Assembly: GCA_001662655.1 (NCBI GenBank)
Contig: KV460284.1
DNA from: Pseudogymnoascus verrucosus
Taxonomy: Eukaryota
Strand: one strand, 5' to 3'
Length of the DNA: 64,000 bases
This document shows, piece by piece, positions 11,465-24,207 of this stretch. Both the position numbers and the translations under genes were made by a program. Every line of letters begins with the position of its first letter. The first letter of the stretch is position 1. Below the pieces are notes generated by a model. It was not told the DNA's origin. It saw only the letters and a list, made by a program, of their open reading frames with translations, and did not search any database.

Positions 11465-13155
11465 TTCCTTCATCAACACTACTCAACGCTACTCGACTGG
11501 TAAGGCTGCAATGCAGCCCACGGGTATTCGGCCTGGTTAGCGCTAAGTTCGATAAGGAAAACGATCAAAATTAGAGATGTGGGCTTTATTAAGGAAGAGG
11601 GGAGACGGTGTAGTCTCTCCTGATTACAGTGGGGTGTTTTCGGAGGGCGGGTTGCACTACTTTGCGGTAAAATTCTTCGTTATTTGTATTTCTTATTGCC
11701 TCGCTCTATATCGCTCTCTCTGGGAGGTATCATAGGGACCCGATCCTTGTCGATCGGTCCGCGTCCACAAAAACAAAAATCGTTTCTATTCTTACACAAA
11801 GTTTCATTCATTCAGAACCGCGCGCAGCTTGACCCCCACACCCCATCCACATCCACCACCACGGTCGGGGACCCCCACCTCCCTAGCCGCCCCTCTCACT
11901 GATTGACGACCGCCCTGCGCTGCTCTCTCTCCCTTTGCTCTGTGCTGCTTGCTGCCTGTCCGCTCCTTGCTCGTGATCATTGCTTGAAAATGATCCCGGG
12001 GGGTGGGGGGACTTCTATCATCGCCGCCTTGAGGGATGGAAAATGGATGGATGGTTTTGCGTAGTATTGAAAAAAAGGATTTGTGTGTGGGTGATTTGAC
12101 ACTCCCTTTTTTTGAGGGGATCTTCTTTCTTTCTCTTTGGACTTTGCTGCTGCTGTGGGGGCCTCTTTTTCGCTCGCTCCCCCCGAACGCTCGCTCAAAA
12201 AACACACACACGTACGGTCTATAATCGTCGTGTTTCCCTTGCCTTTCGCCCTTTCATTCTCCGCTCCTCCGTTCCTGCAATTCCTTGCCCCCCCTATTTC
12301 CTCCCGTCCTTGCTCACTATTCCTCCTTATCCTCGTCCCCTTTCCCTCTCTCCCCTACGTAACGTAACAGAATCGAATGTTCGAAAGTAAAACCAGAAGT
12401 GTGTAAGAAGTTCACAAAAAAACAACAGCAAAAAATATGGAGGCCGGAAAAAAGGAGGGGAACCGGGAATATAAAAAAAAGAGAAGCAAGATGTTAACAG
12501 GTAACGCCGCGCCCTTGGAACAGAACAGAAAAAACGTAAAAATCAAAAATGTGTTGATCCCTCCTCCCCCGTTTCCTCCCATAATGCAAGAGAAGCCACA
12601 AAGGGGGTGCTGTAAAGGAAAAAAAATATATATATGTTGCTTGTTCATGGTGGTTGCCCCATTTGGTATGCGCCGTTTGCAATGCTTTCGAATTCCTGAC
12701 GTTTGACGGAAGGGTATGGTGGTAGTAGTGGCGTTATGAGTGTAGTAAGGATCGGTTTGAATTGTAGGGTATTTGTTTGGATGTAGAAATGGAGTTGGGT
12801 TCGAGTTTATTGACTCGTTTATTCGGCCGTCACGTTCGTTACGCCTCGTTCGTCTCGTTGTCGGACTTCTTGCCTGCCTGTACGCCTGTCCATCTTCCTC
12901 GGCACCTGTCTGTCTGTCTGTTCCGCGGCTGCTGTGTATGTATGTGGGCCTGTACCCCCCGAATTTTTGTTCCCCTGCGCGAACGCGAAAATGGCTGGGT
13001 TTGCGTGTATATATATAAATGTGTGGAGTTTTTGATATTATCGCGTTCCGGCGGGGGGGAAAATGGGTGGTATCAGGGCATCATGGCAGGGAGGCGGCAG
13101 GCCAGGCTGGGCCGGGACAGGTCTAGGCAGGCAAAAGCGACAACGTCTACGCCTC

Positions 13156-13790
13156 CTACTTCTTCCTGTTTCCAGAGCCAGTAGCGGTGATCTTGGAGGT
13201 GGACATGAGGTCGCCGATGTACTTTTGGAGGAACTTGTTGTTCGAGTCGAGCTTGTCGTGCTCTTCCTTGACCGCCTCTATGCGGTTGTAGATCTCGAGA
13301 AGGGACTCTTGGAGGAGCTTCGCGTGTCTAAATTGGGAACCAGGGGTTAGTGTGTATTTTTGGAGTTTTGTGGAAAGGGTGACAAAAATATAAATTCTGC
13401 GGCGGGGGAGGCAAGGGGCAGGGCAGAGAGCGGCAGGGCAAGGACTGACTGTGAAAGCTGTGCTCTAGCCTCTTGGCTCATCTTCTCCAGATCCTCGCTG
13501 TTCCTCCTCGGGCTCATGGCCCTAGCATCGTCCTCATCGAACACCTCCTCACCCTTCTTCAGCTCGACGTTCGGTGCATCGCGCGGCACAATGATAGTCC
13601 CGCTGCTCTTTCTCGTGCCAATCTTGGGTCTGGTTGCTGTGGACGCAGCGTCGCTGTCTGTTGCAGGTGGGGCCCCTTGGGAGAGGCGCCGCGGCGAGGC
13701 GGGAGAGGAGGAGGCGGAGGAGGTAACTGCTGTGTCGGGGGGCTCACGGGCGGTCGTGCTGCTGGTGCTGTGTTGTGTTGTTGTCGTCAT
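13156..13790 (-). CDS. Short coiled-coil protein (SCOC/UNC-69/Slo1-like); exons 13790-13450 and 13327-13156
   Basis: GTCAGT donor (13449) and TAG acceptor (13328) give QHAKLLQESLLEIYNRIEAVKEEHDKLDSNNKFLQKYIGDLMSTS, resembling the SCOC coiled-coil signature. Exon 2 is not in the supplied ORF list. Confidence 0.8.
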
Positions 13791-14620
13791 GCTGGTGCGG
13801 TGACGGATTTAGAGACGGGACGGAGAGAGTGCTTGCGTTGTTGCTGCACAGGGCGTTGGCGTCCGGTCTGTGATATGGGATCGGTGAGGGTTACTCATGT
13901 GTGAGTCTGGGGTGGTTTTGGTGGCCGGGGAGGAGATTTCAGGAGAGTCGGCCAGTTGGGAGGGTGTGTTTGAAGGCCAGTGAATTTTGGGTTCAAGAGG
14001 TTCAAGAGGCGTGATATGAGTTGGGATGGAAGTTGGGCCCAATGTCGGGAGTCGGTGTACCTTTAATGCGGAGGGTATTATTATATCCTTGTATATCTGG
14101 ATGCTGGATGTCTCTGCGTGCTGGCGTGAGTGTCGTATAGGAGTATGTCTCGGCGAAGAGGAGGTCGAGGTGGGATTGCGAGAAGATGTTGGCGTGGGAT
14201 ATTGAAAAGAAGGTTGAAGGTTGGATTGTGGATGAAGGTAGGTAGAGAAGGATGGGAGAAGCAGTTGGGAACAAAGTCTGAGCGATGGTGGCTGCCTTCT
14301 GGCGCACTGGGGGTGTGTGAGTGGAGGGGAGGAGAGGGGCGCGGATGGGGGGGAGAGGCGGGGGGGGGGGGATATGGGTGGTGTGGAGGGGGTACTGAGT
14401 GGATGAAGGCGGATTTTGATGGGTATGGTTTCTGAGAAGTAGTGACGGGTAGTGAAGGGTAGTTGATGGGTACTATATGAGTGTTTTTTTATGTTTTTTG
14501 AGTGTGTTGTGTGTGTGGGAGGTTGTGAGTGGTGGTGTTGATGGGCAATTTTGGGTAGATTTTTGGTTTTTGGGGTGCCTGTCGGTGTGTCTGTTGTTGG
14601 TCGGTGTCTCCTTTGGTGGT

Positions 14621-14664
14621 GGTTGGCGCTGGTTGACGCTGGTTGACGCTGGTTGGTGGTGGTT
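14621..14664. repeat. Short degenerate tandem repeat (GGTTGACGCT)n
   Basis: GGTTGGCGCT-GGTTGACGCT-GGTTGACGCT-GGTTGG read directly. Confidence 0.7.
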
Positions 14665-14799
14665 GAATAGCGGTTGGTAGTGGTGGTGTGGGTGTTTTAG
14701 TGGGAAAGCCGGCGGTGGGTGGGCGGGTGGAGAGACGCGGGAGTGCTGGTTTTTGACTTGTTGGCGTTCTACGACTCAACATCCTTTTTACTGTCTTCA

Positions 14800-14950
14800 G
14801 ACATACATACACATATGCACATATACACACACATCTACGTAGATATCTACATACTTACATGCCTACATACTTACTTACATACATACCTACATGCCTACAT
14901 ACCTACATGCCTACATGCCTCACATATCTACATATATTCATATATCTATA
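14800..14950. repeat. Degenerate TACA/TACATGCC microsatellite-like tract
   Basis: Repeated ACAT/CTACATGC/CTACATAC units. Confidence 0.75.
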
Positions 14951-17900
14951 ACACTACAGAACGGCTTCTACGCTGCTTCACTATGTACAGCACGGCTACT
15001 GACCACTACAAAACGACTACGGGTGCTGGCTCTATAGGTGACAACAGATGACTTCTCAAGTACCTCAAATCTCTCCCTCCTCCATACTGACGGGACTACT
15101 AGAACAGACTACTACTTACAGTACCACGCTACATACCACGCTACGAAGAAAGTACATACCATACAGACCTAAACTACCGCTTCCACCAAAGTACCAGGGG
15201 TATGTCGGATGAGGAACAGCGTGTGGGCGCGCGCGCGTGCAGTGATGCTGAGTGTGGACTGTGTGGACCCTTGGACTCCGGGAGCGCATTGCCTTGGGAG
15301 CGTCATTCGGTAAGGGAAAGAGGGAAAGAGGGAAAAGTTGGGGCGGTGGGGAAAGGGCCTACTCGACTACGCCTTCCCTGCCGAACCTGCACCGTGCAGA
15401 TCACTTACGCCATGGGGTCAGCTAGGAAAGAGAAGGGGGGGAAAAGGGCCAAATGGGTGAAAACAGTCAGTGGCACAGAGCGTGTTCGGCGTGTACTCCA
15501 GCTTGACTGTCAGTTGCTGCGCTGTATACAGGATGGAATGCGGTGGTGGCCACAGTGGCGGCTTCGTTCGTTCGTTCGCCTTTGTTCAATGACGACTCTT
15601 TTGATGGATCCTATTATAGCTGATACGAATTATACGGATGATACGGCTATGGGAGGCGAAAGAAATACTTGAATGGTGGTGGGCCTCGCTCCTTTCCTCG
15701 ATCCTTCTCTCCTCCACCACCATCGGTGTCGGCTTTGATGATCACAACGAAGCTTCACCCGGCATGTCGTGATTTGGCCCTCCCGGGGAAGGCGCGCGTG
15801 GTGATGTGCACTCGCTCCCCAGTCCTCGTCTTGGGACTGGAGATTGCTATACGTACACCCATACAACTATGGATCCAGCTATCGATTGATATACAGCTCT
15901 AGTCGCTATAGGGATATGAGCGAGAGAAACGCTGTGATAACGGCGGGGGGGGGGAAGGGTAGTGGGGGGGAATTCTTAATGATTTCCTCTTCGAATTTCG
16001 AATTTTATTATTCCGTTGATATATTGGATATATTGACGGGTTGATACTACGGCGGTAATTTTGGTAATGGGCGGGCTATACTGGGGCAAGAGAACCACAA
16101 TAGTCTCCCGCACCTATCCAATTCTGGACGACCAGGAGAGCCTTCTTTACCCCTTTTGTCGACACTCCATGCACCTAATTAAAGAGATTTCGACGAGGAA
16201 AGCCCGCTGCGATCTGTCTCTACCACAGAACTGTGACGGCACACACCGTTGTGAAGGGGTTCTTGTACTCGTACGGGTATGCTGGAGTGCTCCACAGAGC
16301 ACTACACAGAGCGCTGTACGGAGCGGTCATGGGCGTGTTGAGTGATACCAAAGCCGTCATCGTTTCTCCTATTGATGCGCGCGTCATACGATCTTGATGT
16401 TTTACTCGGTGCTCAACAACTATGCACAGTTGGCCAGGTGTCGGATTCACCCTGTCGCCGTCCGAACCATCTCACCTGCTACCTACCGAACGAACAAGCA
16501 ACTAGCAGCAAGCTGCTGTCTTAGATCTGTTCCGTACAGTACCGAGTACAGTATGTGTACCTACCGACTACTATAAACAGTATATGTACGTCGGTCGTCA
16601 TACGGGTATGGTAGGAAGTTACCTGAGCCATACAATACAGTATGCGTTCCGATACTGTGCGAGGGGCGGACGACTCTCACTCAAACAACACAACACACGC
16701 CAACACCAGCAACAGCATCACGTCCTGCGCGTGGTTGCCATTCTGAGTAAGGGATAGACACCGATCTGCGGAAGTACCCACTAGTCAAGGTCAGCATCGT
16801 CATCGGAGGTGTGGTTCGGCCAAAGAAGTTGAAAACAGGAGACGAGGTCCCCTGGTACTCCGATCCCTCGTCACTCCACCCCGCCAACCAACAGCTTAAA
16901 CGGCGTCTCCTCAGCAAATCCACCACTCCCGCTACAAACCCAAGTTCCTCCTCCTTGCTAACCGGAATTGGAGAATGGAGATATTTATCTTCCTTCTATT
17001 GGCTCCGCGTGACAGGACAGGAATGGTCGGCGCCAAGCATGCAAGCGTCATACCATACCAGACTTGCTGCATCGCTGCCTCCTGACACAAGCACTCTTGA
17101 CCCATCGCCCGTCGCCGGCCACACACGATCCAGGGACGCTCAAGCGCCGCCGAAGGACGCCATGAAAGTCTTGTTGGGGGCGTCGGTCGGCGCAGGCAGA
17201 TCGTCAGCCTTGACAGGCGCCTGACGATGCACGCAGCGCTGCTTCATCTCAGCCAGAGCGGCCACCGCGATCGCCTTCCGTCCAACCCGTGGAACAGAAA
17301 CACGCAGAGGAACATAATGTGTACCTCGGACGTTGCGGGTTAAGGCAAGGCGGGCGGCCCAAAATAGGCACATGAGTATGGGCTGCCTATTGCTGTACCG
17401 AGAGAGGAGGGTGCGCACATCCAAATCTTAACGGCCTTTCTCGCTGGTGGTGGGTTAATTTCTGAGATTCGAACTACGGAATCACTAAAGGAGCCCGGCT
17501 GTGAACTACGGCTAGTTGTTTTGGGCACCAGACCTGGTGCTGGTTTGGTTGTTGGATGGGGTACGGGCCGGGCAGTACGTACATACAGTACGGCCCAGGG
17601 CAGTTATAGGACGCTGCGCTGGGAGGATTACTTATGTGTGTGTACTATGCCCGTCGACGGATTTGCCCAAAGTGGTATCACGGGGAGTACGGAAGCAATT
17701 AGAGCGTCTTCGCGGTGGGTAGTGGTGGTTCCTAGCCATTGTCACTTTTTAATAACTGCAACATGGCACGAGCGCACGCACTGCACAGGAACCGTGGTAG
17801 GTGGGTACATGAGGCGTCAGCCATCGTTCCCAGGAAGAAATGTTAATTTCTCTGGGCGGTGGAAGCTGCACTGCGGAGTACTGTACATATGTGCCGTGCT

Positions 17901-20037
17901 GTGTGTTCTCTCCAGAGTGCTGAATAGTGCAGTGCAGAGTAAGATGCTCTCCGCTATACAACAGAGTACAGCGTCAACAGCACAGAGGCACGAGCCGAGT
18001 ATGGGCTTGAGTAGGGGTTCACTCCGCAAAATGACGAGTCGTCGGCAGAAGTTTCCTCTGGGGCAGGCCTGTACTATCCATACTCTACTGAAGTACTAAT
18101 TCCTCTAGTGGCAGAATGACCATCCCCTAGCCATCCCCTTGCCCTTGAGGCTCGTACGATTTAGGCAGTGCGAGTGTGTGGGTGGGTGCGGTGGTTGCAG
18201 TAGCGGGAGCCACCGATGGGTCCTCGCTTACCGTACTTCGTTCAACCTTGAGGAAGCCCTCACCTCACCTGACACTTCTGCCCTGGGCGGACAGGGAGAC
18301 AGGGGCACCAGCGATGCAATCACAGGTTTGGAACCCGGGCGGGAGTGAGCGCGGTGATTGGGCCGCGGGCGGATTTGATCCACGTTGATCCGCGCATCGT
18401 CACGATGCTTTGGGATGGAGCGCGATATAGCGTGCTGGACGGACGGAGTAGCGTTGGACTACTGTATGGCACGAATGTTCGGTGTGAGGGTGTGACGGTG
18501 GTCTCCACACCGGTGAGGAAGTGGCAGGGGCTTGCAAGCCCGGTTTTGTGGGAAGGGAGGTGAGGGTGGTGCAGGTGCGGGTGCAGGTGCGGCCTTGGCG
18601 GTCGTCGAATTTACACGGATAAGAGACGGGGGGAGGGAAGGGGCCAAAGAATAGCCGTCTGGGAACGGTGGGATTGTGGGACGGTAGGGGGGCGACGGTG
18701 ATATGTGGAATGTGGTATTGGGAGACATGCACGCCCATGCACATACTTAGCATGCACCATATGCGCTGCAACCTTCCCACCGTCGGTTGGGCGTCAGGGT
18801 GGTGCAGATGGATCCCTCCGGGGACCGGGAACAGGCAAGGTGCAGAAGACCAGAGGGTTAGAGGATCAGAGGATTAGAGTACTTGACTCTCTACCAGTGA
18901 GTTGTCGGTCAGGGGCAGAAAGCGTGGGATCGGGGGTTCAATGAACTGTCTGATGACAGCCAGGTCTGTACGTACGAAGTACAGTAAGATTTTACTCGAG
19001 ATTGAGCACAGCAAATTGCTTAAATCCCACATTCCCCAACCTTCCATTCCTGCCGATCAGCCTCGTCATGCTGCTGCTGCGTGCTGCAGGCCGATGATAA
19101 TACGACGTTGGACGTCGGACGTTAAGACGCTTGCAAGGCTGAGAGACAGAAGGGCACCGACTACGGAGAGTCACAGCGGGAGAGCAAAGCAACACGTCGT
19201 TTTTGTTCATGCCTTGGTTTTATAGTGTTGTGCTGTGTGTGTGTGCTGTACTGTACTGTTACTGTACTGCACAGTACTTGCTCGTACACAGTGAGTGTGC
19301 ACTTGACAGGGAATTAATTCACGATAAAACACAGGTGTAAACAATGCCCCTCCTTATCGATGTTTCTTTTTCTTTTCCTTCTTTTTTCTTTTTTTCTCAC
19401 GCAATATCAACTGCCGGGTGGTGGCCATGAATAGCACGTTCCTTACAGTAGTACCTTAGTGAATGGAACACGATAGCCTCGTACCCATAATATGCAAGCC
19501 GAACCCATTGTTGCTATTATTACCATTATCGGACATTTTGCCCCTCTGTGACGTTTTGTTTGAGAAGAAGTTTGATCCCCCAGCCCACCGGCACCCACCA
19601 AACCCAACCAACCAACCTAACGGCGGCGGCCGCAGCCTCGCTAAACCCAATCTGACCCCTGGCCCTGCTCACAACACCACCACCATGACGAGGCTCTTGC
19701 TTCGCAACTACCCGTATCGTATACCCGCCGCCAAACCTACCCGCCCAGCCGCCGCAACGAGGCTGGACCTGACGCAAACGTAGCAAAGACGAGAGAAACG
19801 TCCCAAACGGGCACCAGAAGAACCACCCATCACAGCTCTGCTCGCGAACGTCGCGCGTGCCTTGCCTCAAACGTATATTTCCTTTTTTCGACACCCCCGG
19901 CCGGTAAACAACAGGCAGCAGCAGGAGCAAACAGACGCCCCAGCCTTCCCCGCGCCCACCCCCCACCACCATCCATCGGCGGACGACACACCACATCCTC
20001 CCCGCTCCCCCTCGGGCCGCCCTCTCCCATCGCAGCG

Positions 20038-23000
20038 ATGTCGACGTCCTCGTCGCGCTCGGCGCGGGGCTCCACGACGCGCCGGCTACCGCGCAACATG
20101 AATGGCTCCCTCTCCGACCGCCTCTCGCGCACCGTCTCGCGCTTCATGCCAAAGGTGGTGACGTACAACGAGAGCTACACGTACGCGCTGCGCGCGGCCT
20201 TCCTGCACCACCTGCTGCAGCCGCGCGCCAAGCGGAAGCAGTACCTTCCTGCGCCGAAGGCGATCAGCCACCGGGCGTCGACGGTTGGGGATCTGGTGAA
20301 GGACTTGTCTGGGGTTGGCTCGGCGAAAAGCGCGAAGCTGCCGCATGGGTTTATGGGGCCGTTGGAGAAGAGAATGACGGGCGTGCTGATGATGAAGGAG
20401 CGCTTGCCGGGGTATAATGATCCAGCGGTTAAGAGGAGCTTTGCGGAGGCGTATACGGCGTTCACGGAGACGACGTTTAGGAGGCGTATGGAGCAGGAGA
20501 GGCGTGTGGAGGATTTGGTGTTGATATTTTATTCGAATGCGGTGAAGTCGCTGCAGAAGGGGAAGCCGCCGGGGGATGACTCGTGGAAGAATCTGCTGGA
20601 TCGACATGTGGCGCTGTTTCTGAGGCTGCTGAGCAATACGATGAAGGATCATGGTTATGATAAGGATAGGCCAGAGCTGATGAGTCGGCTGGCGACGCTA
20701 GAGAAGAAGCTCCTGACGGACGATCAGGACTTGTCGTCTGGTGCGGGCCCTAGCGATTCATATATTGAGGTTGTCAACCCGATCAGCTACGATGTGAAGG
20801 ATATGCCGATGGTGCTGGTTGTGGGACGCATATTCGGGATGAGGAACTCGCAGGTGCAGTCTGATATCGATGCGAATAAGAAGTTCTGGACGGAGGAGGT
20901 GGCCCTGACAGAGCTGAAGTCGTACCAACAGTGTATCAACTCGCAGTCGGCGCGCGTCCTCTCCTCGAATGACTTCGATGTCGATGAGGGGTACCAGGCG
21001 TGGAAGAAGGCGGAGAGTCATGACCTGTCGCAGCTGATGCTGGATATATTACACGTTAAGCCTGAATTGGCCAAATCATCTTCGGCGAGTACTAAGCCTG
21101 CCGCTCCACCGACAACTGGGCCCAACAAGCCGCTACCTACTATTATACCAGTGCAACCGGATGCCGATTATTACAATACTATTTCAAGCCCGACAGAGCG
21201 CACATCTCTGTCATCATTCAGCCAGACGCAACCTGCAGATATGAGCGGCCTGTCATTGAGCGATGAACCGTCTACCCGGCTGTATCTCGAAGAAGTCAGC
21301 TTCGTGTATATCCCTCCAGACCCACGGGCATACTACAGATCCATACTCATGCACGCGGCTACATTCGATCAACTACATACAGAACACAATGCAGAGAGCG
21401 GCGCCCCAGCCCCACCTCTGAGCATGCAATCCCTCGAACTCCTCACCGAGCTCGCGATTAGATGGCGCGTTCCGCAGTTCTCCCGGCTGATCCTCTACCT
21501 CGACGTCTCGGTGCAGCGCTTCAAGGACCGGGAAATCGGGCTCGAGGAGCTCGATGCGGCGTTTGAGATGATTAAGAACCCACCCGCTGAGACCAAGAAG
21601 TCTAGCACGCTTGCACATGCGGGTGGATTGCAGTCCATCGACCGCTCGCACTGGACTATCAATGACATGGCGCTATATCGGCATACGCTTGTCAGTGTCC
21701 ACGATTCACTGCTGCGGGATCTGTATGACGTACTGCAGCACTGCTATGACTCGAAGCCGCCGTCAGTTGGACCGGTAATGGTGATTCTGGAGAGCCATAT
21801 TTATAATGACGAGTGCTTCCAGCAGAGCCCGGAGCAGGTACAGGATTATAGCGAGCAGCTGGATAGGGGGTTAAGAGAGAAAGCAGCAGCGGTTTACCGA
21901 GGATACCTCGAGGCGGAGGTGCCTCAAAACCAGGAGGAATGGCAGTTCTACCACGTCGTGCAGCTAGGCAAGTCGGTGGTGAAGCTGTGCACTCGGATCC
22001 AGAAGCGGTACAAGAAGAACCCCGAGTTCATGGGCGTGAACCCGCTGACGGTTCTGGTGGAGACGATGTTCCCGAGCTTCGAGAACGACGCGGCGGACCT
22101 GATCCAGCGGATCATGAACGTAGCCCACGCGAATAACTCCGAGGTCGACCTCGAGGACGGCTTCGCGCTGTACAAGGAGCTCGTGGAGATCCGGCGCATC
22201 CACCAGCAGGCGCTGCCAGACGTGCCGTTCGCGTTCCACATTGAGGACGCGCTGGCGGACTTTGTGTGGCGCTGGATCAACGTGGCGGACGAGAAGATGG
22301 TGGATCTCGTCGACCAGGCGATCCTTCACGACAAGTTCGAGGTGCGTTCGGAGAACCCGACCGATAATGAGCGACACAGCGTGTCGGCCATCGATGTCTT
22401 CCGGCTGTTCAACGAGACGACGGACCAGATCTTCCAGCTCAACTGGGACGACGACGTGCACCACGCCAAGTTCATGACTGCGCTGTCGAAGTCATTCGGG
22501 GTGGGGCTAGCGCGATACTGCGAAGCTGTCGAGGAGCGCTTCACCAAGGAAATGAACCGGCTGACTCCGGAGCAGGAGGCGGCGGCTAAGCAGTCCAAGC
22601 AGGACCGGTGGATGCAGCTCGCCAAGGACGCGTGGAACAACAAGGAGAAGATGGAGCCGTTCCAGTTCCACCCGCAGTCGCTGGTGAAGCTGAATAACAT
22701 CGAGTTCGCCGTGCAGCAGCTCGATAAGCTCGAGAAGATGATGAATGTCGATGCGTGCGCTGAGGTGCTACAGCGGAATATCACGCCTAAGGAGCAGCAG
22801 CAGATGCGGAAGCCAAATAAATACGTCTTCACCGTCAAGATTGTGGAGGGCGAGGATCTCAAGGCTTGTGACACGAATGGCCTCAGCGACCCGTACGTCA
22901 TCCTCGGCGACGAGTTCAAGAAGCGCTTGATGAAGACGCGGGTCGTGCCTAAGAACCTCAACCCGCGCTGGGACGAGTCAATCGACATCATCGTGTCTGG

Positions 23001-24207
23001 CCCCGTCAACATCGTCGCGACGATCTGGGACTTCGACACCTTCGGCGATGATGACCTGATGGGTCGCACGTCGCTCAAACTCGACCCGTCGCATTTCTCG
23101 GACTACCTTCCTAAGGAGTGCTGGCTCAACCTTGACACTCAGGGGAAACTGCTCCTCCGTATCGGTATGGAGGGCGAGCGCGACGATATTCAGTTCTACT
23201 TCGGTAAGGCCTTCCGACTCCTCAAGCGCACCGAGCGTGATATGATTCGGAAGATCACCGATAAGGTAAGCCCTCCCCTCCCCTCTTTTCCCCTCTTTGT
23301 TACCCCCGCTAACCCACCCCAGCTCTCAACCTACATCAACCTCTCCCTCTCCCCCGACGCCCTGCGCTCCCTCCTCTCCCGCGGCATCTCCATAACCAGC
23401 ATGTGGAAGACCCGGCAATCCCTCCCCCCCCCCCTCCTCCCCATCGACATCGAAAACGCCCTAAAGCCCCTCTTCACCTACTTCGACGACAACTTCGCTA
23501 TCATGCAGCAAACCCTCACCACGGCGTCCATGATCGCCGTCATGACGCGGCTGTGGAAGGAAGTCCTCCTCGCCATCGAGGCGCTGCTCATCCCGCCGCT
23601 GAGCGATAAACCGAGTCCGCAGAAGGCGCTGAGTAGGCAGGAGGCGGATACGGTGTTTATGTGGCTTGAGCTGCTGAGGGCTTTCTTTAATGCGAGGGAT
23701 GAGGAGACGGGGGAGGCGATGGGGGTGCCGGATGATGTGTTGAAGAATGCGAAGTATCATGAACTCAAACAACTGGCGTTCTTCTATTTCGACCCTACGG
23801 ATTCGCTTATTAAGACGTCGGAGCGCATGGCGTCTGCCACAGCAGCTCGAGCCTTGGCACAACGAACATCCCTCTCCCTGCCGCCGGGGAGTCTGGGACC
23901 GTCGCTAGGTGTTGGGTTAGGGAGCGCTACGTCTTTGCGTCGGGGGAAGAGTATCATGTTGTCTAGGAACCTAGGCACGATGCGCCAGGCGAAAGAGGAG
24001 AAGAGGAGAGAGGCACAGGCGGATCCGAGTGATGACGTTATCCTAAGGATTCTACGGATGAGACATGAGGGCGTCGCCGTGGCGTATCTGAGGGATCGGA
24101 GTAGGCAGAGGGAACGCTTAGCGGCAGCGGCGGCGGCGGAGTCGATTGTGAGGCAGAGTCTGGGGGGTGGGGGGAGGTTTGGGGGGGGGAATTTGCCGAG
24201 GAGGTAG
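20038..24207 (+). CDS. Munc13-homology (MUN) plus C2 domain protein (fungal Ync13/YOR296W-like); intron 23266-23322
   Basis: 1389-aa ORF, largely helical, with a C2 domain (FTVKIVEGEDLKACDTNGLSDPYV...KNLNPRWDE...IWDFDTFGDDDLMG) and an MHD2-like region (LFTYFDDNFAIM...RLWKEVL). A 57-nt GTAAGC...GCTAAC...CAG intron lies in frame. Confidence 0.85.
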   Translation: MSTSSSRSARGSTTRRLPRNMNGSLSDRLSRTVSRFMPKVVTYNESYTYALRAAFLHHLLQPRAKRKQYLPAPKAISHRASTVGDLVKDLSGVGSAKSAKLPHGFMGPLEKRMTGVLMMKERLPGYNDPAVKRSFAEAYTAFTETTFRRRMEQERRVEDLVLIFYSNAVKSLQKGKPPGDDSWKNLLDRHVALFLRLLSNTMKDHGYDKDRPELMSRLATLEKKLLTDDQDLSSGAGPSDSYIEVVNPISYDVKDMPMVLVVGRIFGMRNSQVQSDIDANKKFWTEEVALTELKSYQQCINSQSARVLSSNDFDVDEGYQAWKKAESHDLSQLMLDILHVKPELAKSSSASTKPAAPPTTGPNKPLPTIIPVQPDADYYNTISSPTERTSLSSFSQTQPADMSGLSLSDEPSTRLYLEEVSFVYIPPDPRAYYRSILMHAATFDQLHTEHNAESGAPAPPLSMQSLELLTELAIRWRVPQFSRLILYLDVSVQRFKDREIGLEELDAAFEMIKNPPAETKKSSTLAHAGGLQSIDRSHWTINDMALYRHTLVSVHDSLLRDLYDVLQHCYDSKPPSVGPVMVILESHIYNDECFQQSPEQVQDYSEQLDRGLREKAAAVYRGYLEAEVPQNQEEWQFYHVVQLGKSVVKLCTRIQKRYKKNPEFMGVNPLTVLVETMFPSFENDAADLIQRIMNVAHANNSEVDLEDGFALYKELVEIRRIHQQALPDVPFAFHIEDALADFVWRWINVADEKMVDLVDQAILHDKFEVRSENPTDNERHSVSAIDVFRLFNETTDQIFQLNWDDDVHHAKFMTALSKSFGVGLARYCEAVEERFTKEMNRLTPEQEAAAKQSKQDRWMQLAKDAWNNKEKMEPFQFHPQSLVKLNNIEFAVQQLDKLEKMMNVDACAEVLQRNITPKEQQQMRKPNKYVFTVKIVEGEDLKACDTNGLSDPYVILGDEFKKRLMKTRVVPKNLNPRWDESIDIIVSGPVNIVATIWDFDTFGDDDLMGRTSLKLDPSHFSDYLPKECWLNLDTQGKLLLRIGMEGERDDIQFYFGKAFRLLKRTERDMIRKITDKVSPPLPSFPLFVTPANPPQLSTYINLSLSPDALRSLLSRGISITSMWKTRQSLPPPLLPIDIENALKPLFTYFDDNFAIMQQTLTTASMIAVMTRLWKEVLLAIEALLIPPLSDKPSPQKALSRQEADTVFMWLELLRAFFNARDEETGEAMGVPDDVLKNAKYHELKQLAFFYFDPTDSLIKTSERMASATAARALAQRTSLSLPPGSLGPSLGVGLGSATSLRRGKSIMLSRNLGTMRQAKEEKRREAQADPSDDVILRILRMRHEGVAVAYLRDRSRQRERLAAAAAAESIVRQSLGGGGRFGGGNLPRR

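Noticed and set aside
11684..13150. Coding gene or structured RNA between the hypothetical gene and the SCOC-like gene
   Set aside because: Homopolymer-rich, UTR-like sequence with no convincing ORF or RNA family motif by eye.
14002..19996. Numerous 60-190 aa ORFs in the long intergenic region
   Set aside because: Low-complexity or random-looking translations, mostly non-ATG starts, no coherent exon structure. A noncoding transcript cannot be excluded.
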